Shown here piece by piece: positions 19,001 to 28,787 of a stretch of 60,871 nt of DNA. Position 1 is the stretch's first letter. Every line of letters begins with the position of its first letter. The notes below the pieces were generated by a model. It saw only the letters and a list, made by a program, of their open reading frames with translations, made no database searches and was not told where the DNA came from. Both the position numbers and the translations under genes were made by a program. Source of the stretch: Euryarchaeota archaeon UBA438 (GTDB lineage: Archaea; Thermoplasmatota; Poseidoniia; Poseidoniales; Thalassarchaeaceae); assembly GCA_002504435.1 (NCBI GenBank), contig DAQP01000036.1, positions 2,047-62,917 on the forward strand, in the 5' to 3' direction.

Positions 19001-19650
19001 TAGAACTAAGTGAATATGAGGAAATGTACCTCAAGAGGATGTTCGAATTTTTCGACTCAAGACCCGATGCAATCCTCAAGACCACGCAACTAGCTGAGCT
19101 CATGGGCGTCAGCGCCGCATCAGTCACAGAGATGATACAGAGACTAGCTTCTAGGGGTCTTGTTACTCATATCCCCTACAAGGGCTCAAGACTTACTCCT
19201 GCCGGATTTCATCAGGCAGCCAGGGTCAAAAGAAGGGAATGCCTTCTTGAGATACTACTGTCGGATGTAATAGGCTACACCGGTGATCTAGAGGAAGCAG
19301 CATGCAAGATGGAACACGATATGGGGCCGGAGTTGGAAGCTGCCATCGATAAGATGTTGGGCTATCCCGATAGAACCCCTTCTGGGAAGAAGATCCCAGT
19401 AATAGAAAGAACCGTCGAGATTTCCCAAGAGGGGCTGTTACTCCCAATTAGCAGCATCCCATTCGGCACAGAGTCAGTCGTTGAGATAATCGCCCTAGAA
19501 CCAGTAGAAAGGAAAACATTGCAAGGACTGGGAATTGCCATTGGTTCCGTGATAAGCAAGAATGAGGCAGAGACTCTTTGCGATGGGAATACTATTGAGC
19601 TTTCGAAGTCAATTTCAACAAAGATACTTGCAAGAGTTAGGAGGGCGTAA
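18997..19650 (+). CDS. DtxR/MntR-family metal-dependent transcription regulator
   Basis: EMYL, LAELMGVSAASVTEMIQRL HTH, ACKMEH, LGYP...PSGKKIP, C-terminal FeoA-like domain. Confidence 0.9.
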   Translation: MIELSEYEEMYLKRMFEFFDSRPDAILKTTQLAELMGVSAASVTEMIQRLASRGLVTHIPYKGSRLTPAGFHQAARVKRRECLLEILLSDVIGYTGDLEEAACKMEHDMGPELEAAIDKMLGYPDRTPSGKKIPVIERTVEISQEGLLLPISSIPFGTESVVEIIALEPVERKTLQGLGIAIGSVISKNEAETLCDGNTIELSKSISTKILARVRRA

Positions 19651-19651
19651 T

Positions 19652-21208
19652 TTGATTGATGAGGAAAGCCTAGACCATTTAGCCGATGAGATCTCTGATT
19701 TCACCCCGCCCGCACCTAAGCTGGAGTCAACAACCAACAGGTCCTCCACCGTGGAAAGTGACTGGAAGGAGGTCGAATTGAGGCAAAGAGAGGGGTCGCT
19801 AATCACACTGGATAGGGTCTTGATAAGCGGAGGGGCACGCTTAATCCTCCTTCTACCGCTTTTCGCAATCGTGTTATTTGGTGTGGCTCAGTCATATGGT
19901 GAGAATGACAATCAGTGGTGGGACAGTCACCTTATGGAAGCCTCCGGAGGACTAAGTCTAGTTACTGCAACCTACGCATTAACGCTACTAATAATAATTG
20001 CAGACATCGCCCTCCTTTCCTCTCTTCTGAGGATGATGTCATACTCTCGCTCTATATTCCACCAGGAGGCAGAGTCATTGACCTCATCAGGAATTACTTT
20101 CCGCAGCTCTCACGGTTATGCTGAGATGAGGGCCACAATTGATGGCTCAATTAGACAGGTTACTGCTACCTCTTCTTTGATGATAATTTCCGCTTTACTT
20201 CTCGCAACCAGTCTATGGCTCTCGAACGATGACGCAGGTATGCCGATACTGATTTCTTTCTCTACTGGCTCCCTATTGGCAGGTCAAGGAGTCCATCTGA
20301 TTTCTCACCGAGCGAGATTCAATGCCTCTGAGCCTTGGGGGATGCTAGAGGCTTTCTCCCCCCCCATCCATCCCGCACTTCTCAACAGGCCGTTCAATGA
20401 CGTCATAAAGGCGCACATTGACCCTCTCCTCACTATCAGGATTTCCGAGTACATCAAAACGGTAAGGGGCGGGCTAAAGGAAGGAGTGGGGATTTCTGAA
20501 CTTCAGGAGTCCCTCCTCCACCTTCTTCATCTGAGAAGGTCATCGTTAATTTCAGAGTCCGAGTTCAGAGATTCTTTAGGCGCTTTCGTCGAGAGTTCTG
20601 CTATCGACGGACTATTCAACCATCCAGAACTAGGTGAGGAAACATGGGACAGGCTGCTAATGCATGCGAGAAACGAATGCAAGCCGTTCTTCAGACTGTA
20701 TGACAGGATGAGGATGAGGAGGGGGGTCAGTAAGTCCGACGGCGGGTTCTGGTTCGATGTAGATATGGAGAATTTGGTAGTTGGCCAGGCAAACCTATTC
20801 GCCTTCGTTCTCAATAGGGGCGGAGAGCCCAGGGATCTATTCCTCAAGATCCAGACTCCTGACTTCAAACCCAATGAGTGCGTATACAAGCTCAGATCCC
20901 AGCCCCTTGACCCATCCTTCGATCCCATGTCATCCACCTCCCTCTCAACTGAGATGCAGGAAATGACTAACCATTCTGGAATTGTCTGGCAGAGTTTGCT
21001 TCCTTCGATCAAGGGGGAAGCCACTGTGACGGTAAGACTCGAGGATGACTCCGGCAATCTGATTTCTGGAAGGGTGCTTAACGTACAGGTGGGAAATGAC
21101 CTAGCCACTAGGATGAGGAGGGCAGTAGGTGCAATGTTCATGGCAGGGGCCGCAATAGTGGTGCTTTCCCCAATAGCCCCATTTGCTAGATCATTATTGG
21201 GCCTCTGA
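19652..21208 (+). CDS. Multi-pass membrane protein of unknown function
   Basis: About five hydrophobic segments and a soluble region. TTG start after a GGAGGG SD is preferred over the ORF-track start at 19562. Confidence 0.65.
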   Translation: MIDEESLDHLADEISDFTPPAPKLESTTNRSSTVESDWKEVELRQREGSLITLDRVLISGGARLILLLPLFAIVLFGVAQSYGENDNQWWDSHLMEASGGLSLVTATYALTLLIIIADIALLSSLLRMMSYSRSIFHQEAESLTSSGITFRSSHGYAEMRATIDGSIRQVTATSSLMIISALLLATSLWLSNDDAGMPILISFSTGSLLAGQGVHLISHRARFNASEPWGMLEAFSPPIHPALLNRPFNDVIKAHIDPLLTIRISEYIKTVRGGLKEGVGISELQESLLHLLHLRRSSLISESEFRDSLGAFVESSAIDGLFNHPELGEETWDRLLMHARNECKPFFRLYDRMRMRRGVSKSDGGFWFDVDMENLVVGQANLFAFVLNRGGEPRDLFLKIQTPDFKPNECVYKLRSQPLDPSFDPMSSTSLSTEMQEMTNHSGIVWQSLLPSIKGEATVTVRLEDDSGNLISGRVLNVQVGNDLATRMRRAVGAMFMAGAAIVVLSPIAPFARSLLGL

Positions 21209-21249
21209 GTGATAGTTCCATTCAATAGTGAGACCCACTTCGACGACGC

Positions 21250-22245
21250 ATGCAGAGCGATGAGAGTGGCCCTGATGATGATCTCAGGACCAGGCTTCAT
21301 GCTATGGAGACCCGACTGAGGAGGATGAGGGATCAGAGGGCATCACACAACGAATCTGCTAGAAGGGCCGCCGACTCCAGAAACTCTGTTCAAGAGCAGG
21401 GAAAGGAGCTCAGAGCCTCCATTGAAGAGAGGCTAAATGAGCAGAAAGAGGTCAGAGCAAGGGCAAAGGCCCACCAGAATCAGAGGGACGCGATTCAATC
21501 TAGGATCAGGGAGATCATCTCCAACAAGAGAGGCAAGAAGGGAGATGAAGGAAAGGCGAAGACAGGTGTCGTAGCACTCTCTGAGACTATAGCTAAGATT
21601 AGCAGTATTGAGAACAGGCTAATGACAGACGGGAACCTTACGCTGAAGGCAGAGAATAGAATTCTCAGAGAGCTAAAATCACTAATTGCCAGGAGGGATG
21701 AACTACTCCCAGCTGCAGCAGAGTTTGAGAGCATCAAGATAGACCTTGGCGACTTGGAGAGCACAATACAGTCACTCAAGGCAGAGGCTGATGCTCAACA
21801 TAATGCCATGACGGATGCGCATAAGGAGGCCGACGCCATTTGGGAGGAAGTCAAGCCCATGCTGGAAGAGAGGGATTTCCTCAGATCAGAGGGAGACAGG
21901 CTGCATTCGCTGTTCGTAGAATCTCGCGAGTCCGCAAATCATATTCACTCTGAGATAGAGATACTTCTGAAGGAGGTAAATGAAGCAAGAGATGAAATGA
22001 GGGCCAGGAGAGAGGAGAGAGAAAGGGTCATCAAGGACCACAATCAATCTGTCAAGGATGCATTGAAAACTCCTGATCAGGACGAGGAATTGGCGGACTC
22101 ATTGACCGAACAACTTCTGAGTCAGGGAAACCTAACCTTGGGCGGTTCGATGTCAGGGGATGCTCAAGGTTCACCAGTTGCTAAGGAAGAGAGGCCCTCT
22201 AGTCGTAAGAGGGTACGTAAGCCCAAGTCATTCAGGGGCCGTTGA
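21250..22245 (+). CDS. Coiled-coil protein (COG1340-like), paralog 4
   Basis: IENRLMTDGNLTLKAENRIL central motif; AQHNAM...DRLHSLF...NHIHSEI; basic tail. Confidence 0.75.
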   Translation: MQSDESGPDDDLRTRLHAMETRLRRMRDQRASHNESARRAADSRNSVQEQGKELRASIEERLNEQKEVRARAKAHQNQRDAIQSRIREIISNKRGKKGDEGKAKTGVVALSETIAKISSIENRLMTDGNLTLKAENRILRELKSLIARRDELLPAAAEFESIKIDLGDLESTIQSLKAEADAQHNAMTDAHKEADAIWEEVKPMLEERDFLRSEGDRLHSLFVESRESANHIHSEIEILLKEVNEARDEMRARREERERVIKDHNQSVKDALKTPDQDEELADSLTEQLLSQGNLTLGGSMSGDAQGSPVAKEERPSSRKRVRKPKSFRGR

Positions 22246-22250
22246 GGGGA

Positions 22251-23267
22251 TTACCAACCCCGATCTTCCAGCCTTACCTCTAGGTCGTCCAGTTCTAGTC
22301 CGGGCATTGCTTCGCCAACCATCTTACAGGCGTCTCTAACTACTGATGGGTCATCAAAGTGGTGCGTGGCCATGACTATGGCCTCGGCTGTGTTTGTTGG
22401 ATCCGAACTCTTGAAAATTCCAGAACCAACGAAAATTCCATCCATTCCATGACTCATCATAAGGGCCGCATCAGCAGGAGTGGCAATGCCCCCAGCAGAA
22501 AATGTAACCACAGGGAGCCTACCCAATTCAATGACATCCCCAAGCACAGAGGCGACTTCTTCCCTGAGGTCACTCATGGAACCAAAAGGGGTCTCCTTGC
22601 TAATAATTGGGAACTCCGAGGAAGACTCCATTCTTCGAAAACCCTTCATGATTGTATCTATCATATCTTCCCTTCTTACATCAACCGTTCCTATGGCATG
22701 ATCGATTTCCGTTTTTACGAGCCTAGCATGCTGAACAGCACTAACGACATTACCAGTCCCAGCCTCTCCCTTGGTCCGAATCATTGCTGCCCCTTCAGAA
22801 ATCCTTCTTACTGCCTCCCCCAGGTTCGTGCATCCACAAACAAATGGTATGGTGAAGTTATTTTTTGCTATGTGGAAGAATGGATCTGCTGGAGTCAATA
22901 CCTCCGACTCGTCAACCATGTCTACTCCCATGCTTTCGAGGACTCTGGCCTCTTCATCATGACCAATTCTCGCTTTTGCCATCACAGGGATGCTGGTAGT
23001 CTCGATTATTTCGCTAATCATGTCCGGATGACTCATCCTAGCCACACCGCCCATCGAACGAATGTCCGCGGGAACCCTCTCCAGTGCCATTACAGAAACC
23101 GCGCCTGCATCCTCGGCAATGTGCGCTTGCTCAGGGGTAACTACATCCATTACCACACCGCCCTGCTGCATTTTGGCGAAACCCCTCTTGAGGAGCTCTG
23201 TGCCGTGCCGCATTTCACCAAGGTCCACCGTGCGTGCCATGCTGATGTCCCGCGCTAATTTCTTCAT
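22251..23267 (-). CDS. pdxS: Pyridoxal 5'-phosphate synthase lyase subunit PdxS
   Basis: [46 protein letters not shown]. Confidence 0.96.
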   Translation of the reverse strand: MKKLARDISMARTVDLGEMRHGTELLKRGFAKMQQGGVVMDVVTPEQAHIAEDAGAVSVMALERVPADIRSMGGVARMSHPDMISEIIETTSIPVMAKARIGHDEEARVLESMGVDMVDESEVLTPADPFFHIAKNNFTIPFVCGCTNLGEAVRRISEGAAMIRTKGEAGTGNVVSAVQHARLVKTEIDHAIGTVDVRREDMIDTIMKGFRRMESSSEFPIISKETPFGSMSDLREEVASVLGDVIELGRLPVVTFSAGGIATPADAALMMSHGMDGIFVGSGIFKSSDPTNTAEAIVMATHHFDDPSVVRDACKMVGEAMPGLELDDLEVRLEDRGW

Positions 23268-23302
23268 GAACCTATTTCCTCTCGAGTAAAGAGAGAAAAT
23301 AG

Positions 23303-23575
23303 CTAACCAAGTACTGGCGAGTCGCCCTCTGCAATGGGTAGATCCGGGGCTTCGTCCTCATTTCTTTCTAGCCATTCTTCAAATTCGTCAGGTATATCGC
23401 TGTCTGCAAATATCGCTTCAACAGGACACTCTGTGACGCACGCTGCACAATCTATGCACTCGTCTGGATCAATCACCAGGTACGTTTCGGCTTCCCTAAA
23501 AGCCTCGACTGGACAAACGGCGACGCAATCTTGGTATTTGTGGTCCACACAAGCACTCGTCACTACGTGTGTCAT
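23303..23575 (-). CDS. 7Fe-type ferredoxin (FdxA/FdI-like)
   Basis: C-x7-C-x3-CP and [12 protein letters not shown] motifs with acidic tail. Confidence 0.9.
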   Translation of the reverse strand: MTHVVTSACVDHKYQDCVAVCPVEAFREAETYLVIDPDECIDCAACVTECPVEAIFADSDIPDEFEEWLERNEDEAPDLPIAEGDSPVLG

Positions 23576-23636
23576 TTGCCTCGTGTGCATCCCGATGATT
23601 GAGGCATTTGAACTCTTGCTTATGTCCCGTCTACAA

Positions 23637-24077
23637 TCACACTTCGGAGCACAATTTGTTCACTAACCGTGAAGCCATTTCGACGGGTTCATCCCCGGGA
23701 TATGCCTCAATCTTGAAGGTCCCCTTCACAATCGAGCCACGGCTTTCCGAATCAATAAGTGACACTCTTCCCCTGCATAGTTCGGACAAGGATATCCTCA
23801 CATGAATTGTTTTCTCTTCATCTATCCTCTTCCCAATCCCCTCTTTGGACAACTCATTAAGAACATCCCTCCCGAGCCTGCCGAAACAGCTCACTGCATC
23901 TTTCCTTTTCTCAGTTCTAGCCATTGCCACATGCTGTGGAGAGCCGTGAAATGACTTCTCTTTCGTCCAAATCACCTCACAACACCCCCCTGTGAGAAAA
24001 TTAAGGCCACTTTCGATCATTTCTAGATCATCAACACCACTTGCATGGACCCGCCATGTCGCACTCAGTAGACCCAT
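23637..24077 (-). CDS. Archaeal RNA-binding protein (COG1325-like)
   Basis: HASGVDD, SFHGSP, RIDE...VRIS, FKIEAYPG; start set at ATG 24077. Confidence 0.7.
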   Translation of the reverse strand: MGLLSATWRVHASGVDDLEMIESGLNFLTGGCCEVIWTKEKSFHGSPQHVAMARTEKRKDAVSCFGRLGRDVLNELSKEGIGKRIDEEKTIHVRISLSELCRGRVSLIDSESRGSIVKGTFKIEAYPGDEPVEMASRLVNKLCSEV

Positions 24078-24213
24078 ATCTTGTTCCAAGAGACAGTATA
24101 CCTTGAAGGCTCGCAGAGGAAGCCCAATGATTCCCGAAGGCTTTGCTTCAAATAGTAAGGGCAGGTCGCACGGCCTGCGAGCGGGGAAGCCCCCGAGGTA
24201 CGAGGTTGTTGTC

Positions 24214-25119
24214 ATGGCAAAAGGCGCAAAGGCAAGGGCAGCGGCACGCAGGCAGAGGGACAAGTGGAAGTCCAAGCGCTGGTACTCAATCAGAGCACCT
24301 AGGAATCCCTGGTCATTCAGGGTAATAGGGGAGACTCTGGCAGAGGAGCCAGAGATGCTAATCGGGCGAAACTTCGAGATTATGCAGAACGAACTAGATG
24401 GGGACTTCTCAAAGATGCATGTAAAAATCAAGTTCAGAGTTGTTGACGTTCTTGGTGCAGACGCTCTAACTGAGTTCATAGGGCACCAGATGATGCAAGA
24501 CCACATCAGAAGGCAGATACGCCGTGACAGAGGAAAAATTGACGACACTGTAGACATTGTTACCGATGACGGATTCTATGTCAGGTTCAAACCATTGATC
24601 ATCACCAGGGAAAGGGCAAAATCCAGTCAGAAGAATGAGATCAGGGCAATCGCCAGGAATATCATTCTGAAGACTGGGGCCTCATCGACATGGGTAGATA
24701 TGCAGAAATCAGTAATGGATGGGGAGCTTGAAGCTAGGATTAAGGAGGGAGCATCAAAGATTACCCCGATTCGAGCTGTGATGATTCGTAGAACACAGCT
24801 AATCCAATCCGGTGTAGTGGTGGAAGAAGGACCGACACTTGAGGAGATTCACGCTCAGGAGAAGGCCGAAGCGGCTTCCGCTAAAGAGGAGGAATCTGAC
24901 GTTCTCGCTGCTGCGGAGGCATCTGCCGAAATCTCAGAACCATCCGATGACGATACCGATTCTGAGCAGGAGGAAACGGATCCGCCTTCGGGAGAGGATT
25001 CTGGAGAGGAAGTTGACTACAGTTCCATGAAGGTCACCGAACTAAAGGAACTGCTCAAGGCTGCTGGTAAACCAGTTTCTGGAAAGAAAGCGGACCTAAT
25101 AGCGCGCCTCGAGGAGTAA
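24214..25119 (+). CDS. rps3ae: Ribosomal protein eS1 (S3Ae) with C-terminal acidic linker and SAP domain
   Basis: DKWKSKRWYSIRAP, T.FIGH, DGFYVR; tail YSSMKVTELKELLKAAGKPVSGKKADLIARL. Confidence 0.93.
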   Translation: MAKGAKARAAARRQRDKWKSKRWYSIRAPRNPWSFRVIGETLAEEPEMLIGRNFEIMQNELDGDFSKMHVKIKFRVVDVLGADALTEFIGHQMMQDHIRRQIRRDRGKIDDTVDIVTDDGFYVRFKPLIITRERAKSSQKNEIRAIARNIILKTGASSTWVDMQKSVMDGELEARIKEGASKITPIRAVMIRRTQLIQSGVVVEEGPTLEEIHAQEKAEAASAKEEESDVLAAAEASAEISEPSDDDTDSEQEETDPPSGEDSGEEVDYSSMKVTELKELLKAAGKPVSGKKADLIARLEE

Positions 25120-25123
25120 TCAC

Positions 25124-25885
25124 ATGGCCCGCATCGCGGTGCTATGCGGCACTGGAATGAGCGCTTTGGCTAGTGAGATGTCGGACTCCTCCGACTTTAA
25201 AATTTCAAGGGTAAGGATAGATACGGATTGGGGTAGCGTCCCATCCTCGATAGTTTCCACCGAGTTTGGAGACATTCTTGTAATCGACAGACATCACTCT
25301 GATGGAAAACTGCGTACCCCTCCTCACAAAATTGAACACAGGGCAAATGTTCAGGCCATTGTCAACAGCAATCCAGATATCGTGATGAGTATCAATTCCG
25401 TGGGTTCTATGATAGAAAATTTCCCACCGGGGACCATTGGAATTTCTTCGGACGTACTAGATCTCGCAGTTAGGCCATGGACTTTCCATGATGATGATGC
25501 CAAGCATGCCGACAGGACATCCCCTTTCGACTCACCCGCTTCGAAGATTTGTAGGAAAGCCCTAGAATCGACCCAGGTCCAAACGCCCTCCGGCCTCATT
25601 ATCGCCCAATGCGTGGGCCCCCAATTCGAGAGCCCTGCCGAGATAGATGCTTTGGAGAAACTTGGTGCTCATGCCGTCGGCATGACGTTGGGCCCCGAGT
25701 CAAGACTCATGTCTGAGACAGGAATCCGGCATGTCGCACTTGCATGCTCTTCGAACTGGGCTGCTGGAAGGGAGCCGGGAGACCCTTCTGCTATGATTGA
25801 TCACCATGCCGTTGACTCCATGGCTTCTTCGATGAGAGGCAGTGTAACGAACTGCCTTTTGGCGATTCTAAAATCAATTAATTAG
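25124..25885 (+). CDS. MTAP-type purine nucleoside phosphorylase
   Basis: CGTG, RH...PPHKI.HRAN, NSVGS, GPQFESPAE, VGMT..PE. Confidence 0.88.
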   Translation: MARIAVLCGTGMSALASEMSDSSDFKISRVRIDTDWGSVPSSIVSTEFGDILVIDRHHSDGKLRTPPHKIEHRANVQAIVNSNPDIVMSINSVGSMIENFPPGTIGISSDVLDLAVRPWTFHDDDAKHADRTSPFDSPASKICRKALESTQVQTPSGLIIAQCVGPQFESPAEIDALEKLGAHAVGMTLGPESRLMSETGIRHVALACSSNWAAGREPGDPSAMIDHHAVDSMASSMRGSVTNCLLAILKSIN

Positions 25886-25917
25886 CCGGATAGTAATATT
25901 TCTGGAACTATGTTGAT

Positions 25918-26334
25918 GTGTCTCCTTTCAGTCCGCCAACCATGGAAAGGAAGGTCACCGTGGAAGAATGGATATCGACAGAGTCTTCATCAGTTCCCGA
26001 TGGATCATGGTTGACGATGATGTCAAGGGTTGCTGAGTTCCACCACAAACACGCATTCTCTTCGGAAGAAAATCATGGTCATGATATGGGATACAGAATA
26101 GCCCTGACCGTGGAGGAATTGGGAGAGCTATCCGCTGCAATAACAAAGGCAAAGCCCCATTCCGAGGCAGCAGAGGAGTTAGCCGACCTATTGATACTAA
26201 TATTGGGCCATTCCCTAGCGATGAAAGTTGATTTAGAGACAGAATTTCACAAGAAGATGGACAAAATTATGCTGCGAAAGGCAAGGAGGGGGAATTTGGG
26301 CATCAGAGTTACCGAGTACGAGTCGGAAGATTGA
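25918..26334 (+). CDS. MazG-like nucleotide pyrophosphohydrolase
   Basis: LTVEELGELS...EELADLL motif. Confidence 0.85.
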   Translation: MSPFSPPTMERKVTVEEWISTESSSVPDGSWLTMMSRVAEFHHKHAFSSEENHGHDMGYRIALTVEELGELSAAITKAKPHSEAAEELADLLILILGHSLAMKVDLETEFHKKMDKIMLRKARRGNLGIRVTEYESED

Positions 26335-26387
26335 ACACATTCCTAAACCATGGCAAAATAAATGCCCTATACCCAAGTCGAAGCACT

Positions 26388-27869
26388 ATGCGCACAGGTG
26401 CCTTAGTCACCGCGCTTTTGATGGTGACTACTACTATTTCGGGATGCATCCACTTGGATGAACCCCCCTCCGAGGTTGGCGATGAAGACGATTCGGCACC
26501 ACGATTCTTCGTCACGGGCCCTAGCGGCCTCCCGGTTGACGTCCCTCCATTGCCCCTAAGTTTCGTATTCAGTGATGTGGGGGAGACTGGTAAAGAACCC
26601 AGTATTGGCATAACTTCGAGTGGATGTATTTTCTTCATCGCCATGGAGAAAGTGATGAGGTCTTGTGATCATGGTCAATCATGGGAAGAGACTCAGGATC
26701 CCGTACAGTGTTCGCCTACTACCAGCGACCCTTACGGTTGGGTTGATCCAATCACGGATAGGATCTTCAACGTTCAGATGATTGGTCTTGAGACGTCATG
26801 GATATGTTGGAGTGATGATGACGGCGACTCATGGCTAGGCAATCCCCATGATTCAGGAACTACTCCAATCAATGACCACATAAAATTGGCAAGCGGCCCT
26901 TGGACCGGTGAGGGATATGGTGCGTTGGGACAATTCACTTCGAGTTTCTACGAAACTGCCGTATATTATTGCTACAACAAATTGGTCGGGATATTCTGCT
27001 TCACAAGTTTTGATGGAGGCGCAACCTTTGAAGCTGGAGGGCAGATTATCGGTTTGGCGACCACTAACGGAGGCCTTCATGGGGCCATTTCCACCGCCCC
27101 GGATGGAACGGTGTACGTCACCCCAAGGGTAGAGACTCCTTCTGTCATCGTTTCCAAGGACAATGGCTTCTCATGGTTTCAGAGAACTATGGGCGAAGAT
27201 GTCGGCACTCCCTATCCGAGAAAGAACTCAGAGGTAGCAACAGATAGCCAATCGAACGCCTACCACGTTTGGACGGGTGCCGATGAGGGGGTCTACATGT
27301 CACGTTCAACTGACTCAGGTGAATCTTGGGAACAAGAGAGTATCCGAATTTCTCCGGTTGAAGTTGTCTCATCGGTGTTTCCACAAACCGATGCTGGTGA
27401 TCCAGGACGAATTGCAGTAATGTACCTAGGGAGCGAGAACTCCGAGATGCTAAACCAATCAGATATCGACGGTAACCCTTGGGACGGGAATGCCCACTAT
27501 GCACCAAACAATGTTACCTACCACCTCTACATTACCTTCAGTCTCAATGCTTTAGACTCCAATCCTGTCTTCCACACCATGAGGGTGACTGACGATCCTG
27601 TACAGGTAGGGAGTATATGCCTCAATAGCGGGGATTGCCGTGACATCGGTGGTTCAAACAGGAACCTCCTGGATTTCAACGACTTACACATAGACAGAGA
27701 AGGGCGCGTTTATGTCGCCTTTGCCGATGGTTGTACTGGCTCGTGTGCAACGAATAATAATTCCAGCGCCGAGGACTCTAGAGACGGCAGGGGTTCTGTC
27801 TACTATCTTGGAAGCGGCCCCAGCCTTTTCGAATCCCAAGGGAATCTAGCCGAGTTCTTTGTGGAGTAA
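26388..27869 (+). CDS. Lipoprotein with BNR/Asp-box repeats (sialidase-like beta-propeller)
   Basis: Lipobox-like ISGC; repeated S.D.G.SW/TF (SCDHGQSW, SDDDGDSW, SFDGGATF, SKDNGFSW, STDSGESW). Confidence 0.8.
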   Translation: MRTGALVTALLMVTTTISGCIHLDEPPSEVGDEDDSAPRFFVTGPSGLPVDVPPLPLSFVFSDVGETGKEPSIGITSSGCIFFIAMEKVMRSCDHGQSWEETQDPVQCSPTTSDPYGWVDPITDRIFNVQMIGLETSWICWSDDDGDSWLGNPHDSGTTPINDHIKLASGPWTGEGYGALGQFTSSFYETAVYYCYNKLVGIFCFTSFDGGATFEAGGQIIGLATTNGGLHGAISTAPDGTVYVTPRVETPSVIVSKDNGFSWFQRTMGEDVGTPYPRKNSEVATDSQSNAYHVWTGADEGVYMSRSTDSGESWEQESIRISPVEVVSSVFPQTDAGDPGRIAVMYLGSENSEMLNQSDIDGNPWDGNAHYAPNNVTYHLYITFSLNALDSNPVFHTMRVTDDPVQVGSICLNSGDCRDIGGSNRNLLDFNDLHIDREGRVYVAFADGCTGSCATNNNSSAEDSRDGRGSVYYLGSGPSLFESQGNLAEFFVE

Positions 27870-28268
27870 ATCAACGTCGTCATCGAAATAACCCGCTATC
27901 CAGAGGCTCAATAGTATCCCTCCGATTTGTAGAAACAATCTGATCACGTGCCCCGTGGGGGATAGCGAGGCGCCATCGCCAAGCTCTACATCGTAAATCC
28001 ACATGTATAGGTTGGCCGGATACAATAGCACCAGAAGGGCGGCACTCGCATATCCAGCATCACTTCTGCTTCTCGGCAATATTAGGCCAATTCCAACAAC
28101 CACCTCTGCCACTCCGCTAGCAAGGACCCAGAATGTAGCCGAACCTAGTATCGGAGGTACAATTGGCTCGAACCATGCTGTATCGGTGAAGTGCATGATT
28201 CCAACATACAGGAAGAAGGCACCTCCTGCAATCGAAAGTACCTCACGAATAAATGGATGTAGACGCAT
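27846..28268 (-). CDS. DoxX-family membrane protein
   Basis: GIMHF...IVPP, SGVAE, YPAN, RL.LQ. Confidence 0.8.
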   Translation of the reverse strand: MRLHPFIREVLSIAGGAFFLYVGIMHFTDTAWFEPIVPPILGSATFWVLASGVAEVVVGIGLILPRSRSDAGYASAALLVLLYPANLYMWIYDVELGDGASLSPTGHVIRLFLQIGGILLSLWIAGYFDDDVDLLHKELG

Positions 28269-28778
28269 TCATATCCGCTTCCATACAGTGTAAGTGGTGG
28301 CGAATTCATCATTCGGGCCGGCACCCCCTTCATTGGATACAGATGGCGCCCACCCATCCTTGTCCCACTCGGGGAAAGACACCTCGCCACTGCCACTAGT
28401 ATGGACAGTAGTGACATGGATTTCTTCTACCCTGTCTAGGAACATCGAGTAAATTTCAGCACCGCCAATGACCCAAAGCTCGTCACTTCCTTCAGCGAAT
28501 GCTAGCTCTATGGCCCTGCCAATGTATAGCGCCGTCTCTGCGCCCTCATCAGTCCATGACGTGTCTCTCGACATCACAATATTGACCCTCTCGGGGAGGG
28601 GGCGAAATGAATCAGGGAGGGAATCCCATGTCTTCCTACCCATCACTACTGAATTGAAGCCATCCCCAATTGTCAGCTCTTTGAATCTAGCCATATCTGT
28701 TGGGATCCTCCAGGGCAGGCCGTTCCCCTTCCCGATGAATCCATCTTCGTCCATAGCCACAATCATTGCAATCTTCAT
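28269..28778 (-). CDS. folA: Dihydrofolate reductase
   Basis: IG...LPW, MGRKTW.S, RPLPER.N, IGGAEIY. Confidence 0.95.
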   Translation of the reverse strand: MKIAMIVAMDEDGFIGKGNGLPWRIPTDMARFKELTIGDGFNSVVMGRKTWDSLPDSFRPLPERVNIVMSRDTSWTDEGAETALYIGRAIELAFAEGSDELWVIGGAEIYSMFLDRVEEIHVTTVHTSGSGEVSFPEWDKDGWAPSVSNEGGAGPNDEFATTYTVWKRI

Positions 28779-28787
28779 TCAGACACC

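Noticed and set aside
22359-23258. Long antisense ORFs (this 299-aa one, also 33293-34150, 2646-3437 and 20527-21300)
   Set aside because: They lie opposite clearly conserved genes and show no motifs; expected shadow ORFs
23992-24557. Apparent long overlap between ORFs 23637-24557 (-) and 23992-25119 (+)
   Set aside because: Artefact of longest-ORF calling; homology starts at ATG 24077 (-) and ATG 24214 (+), leaving a normal divergent intergenic region
25918-26334. MazG as part of an antiviral defence system
   Set aside because: The context (rps3ae, nucleoside phosphorylase) fits nucleotide housekeeping; no defence partners nearby
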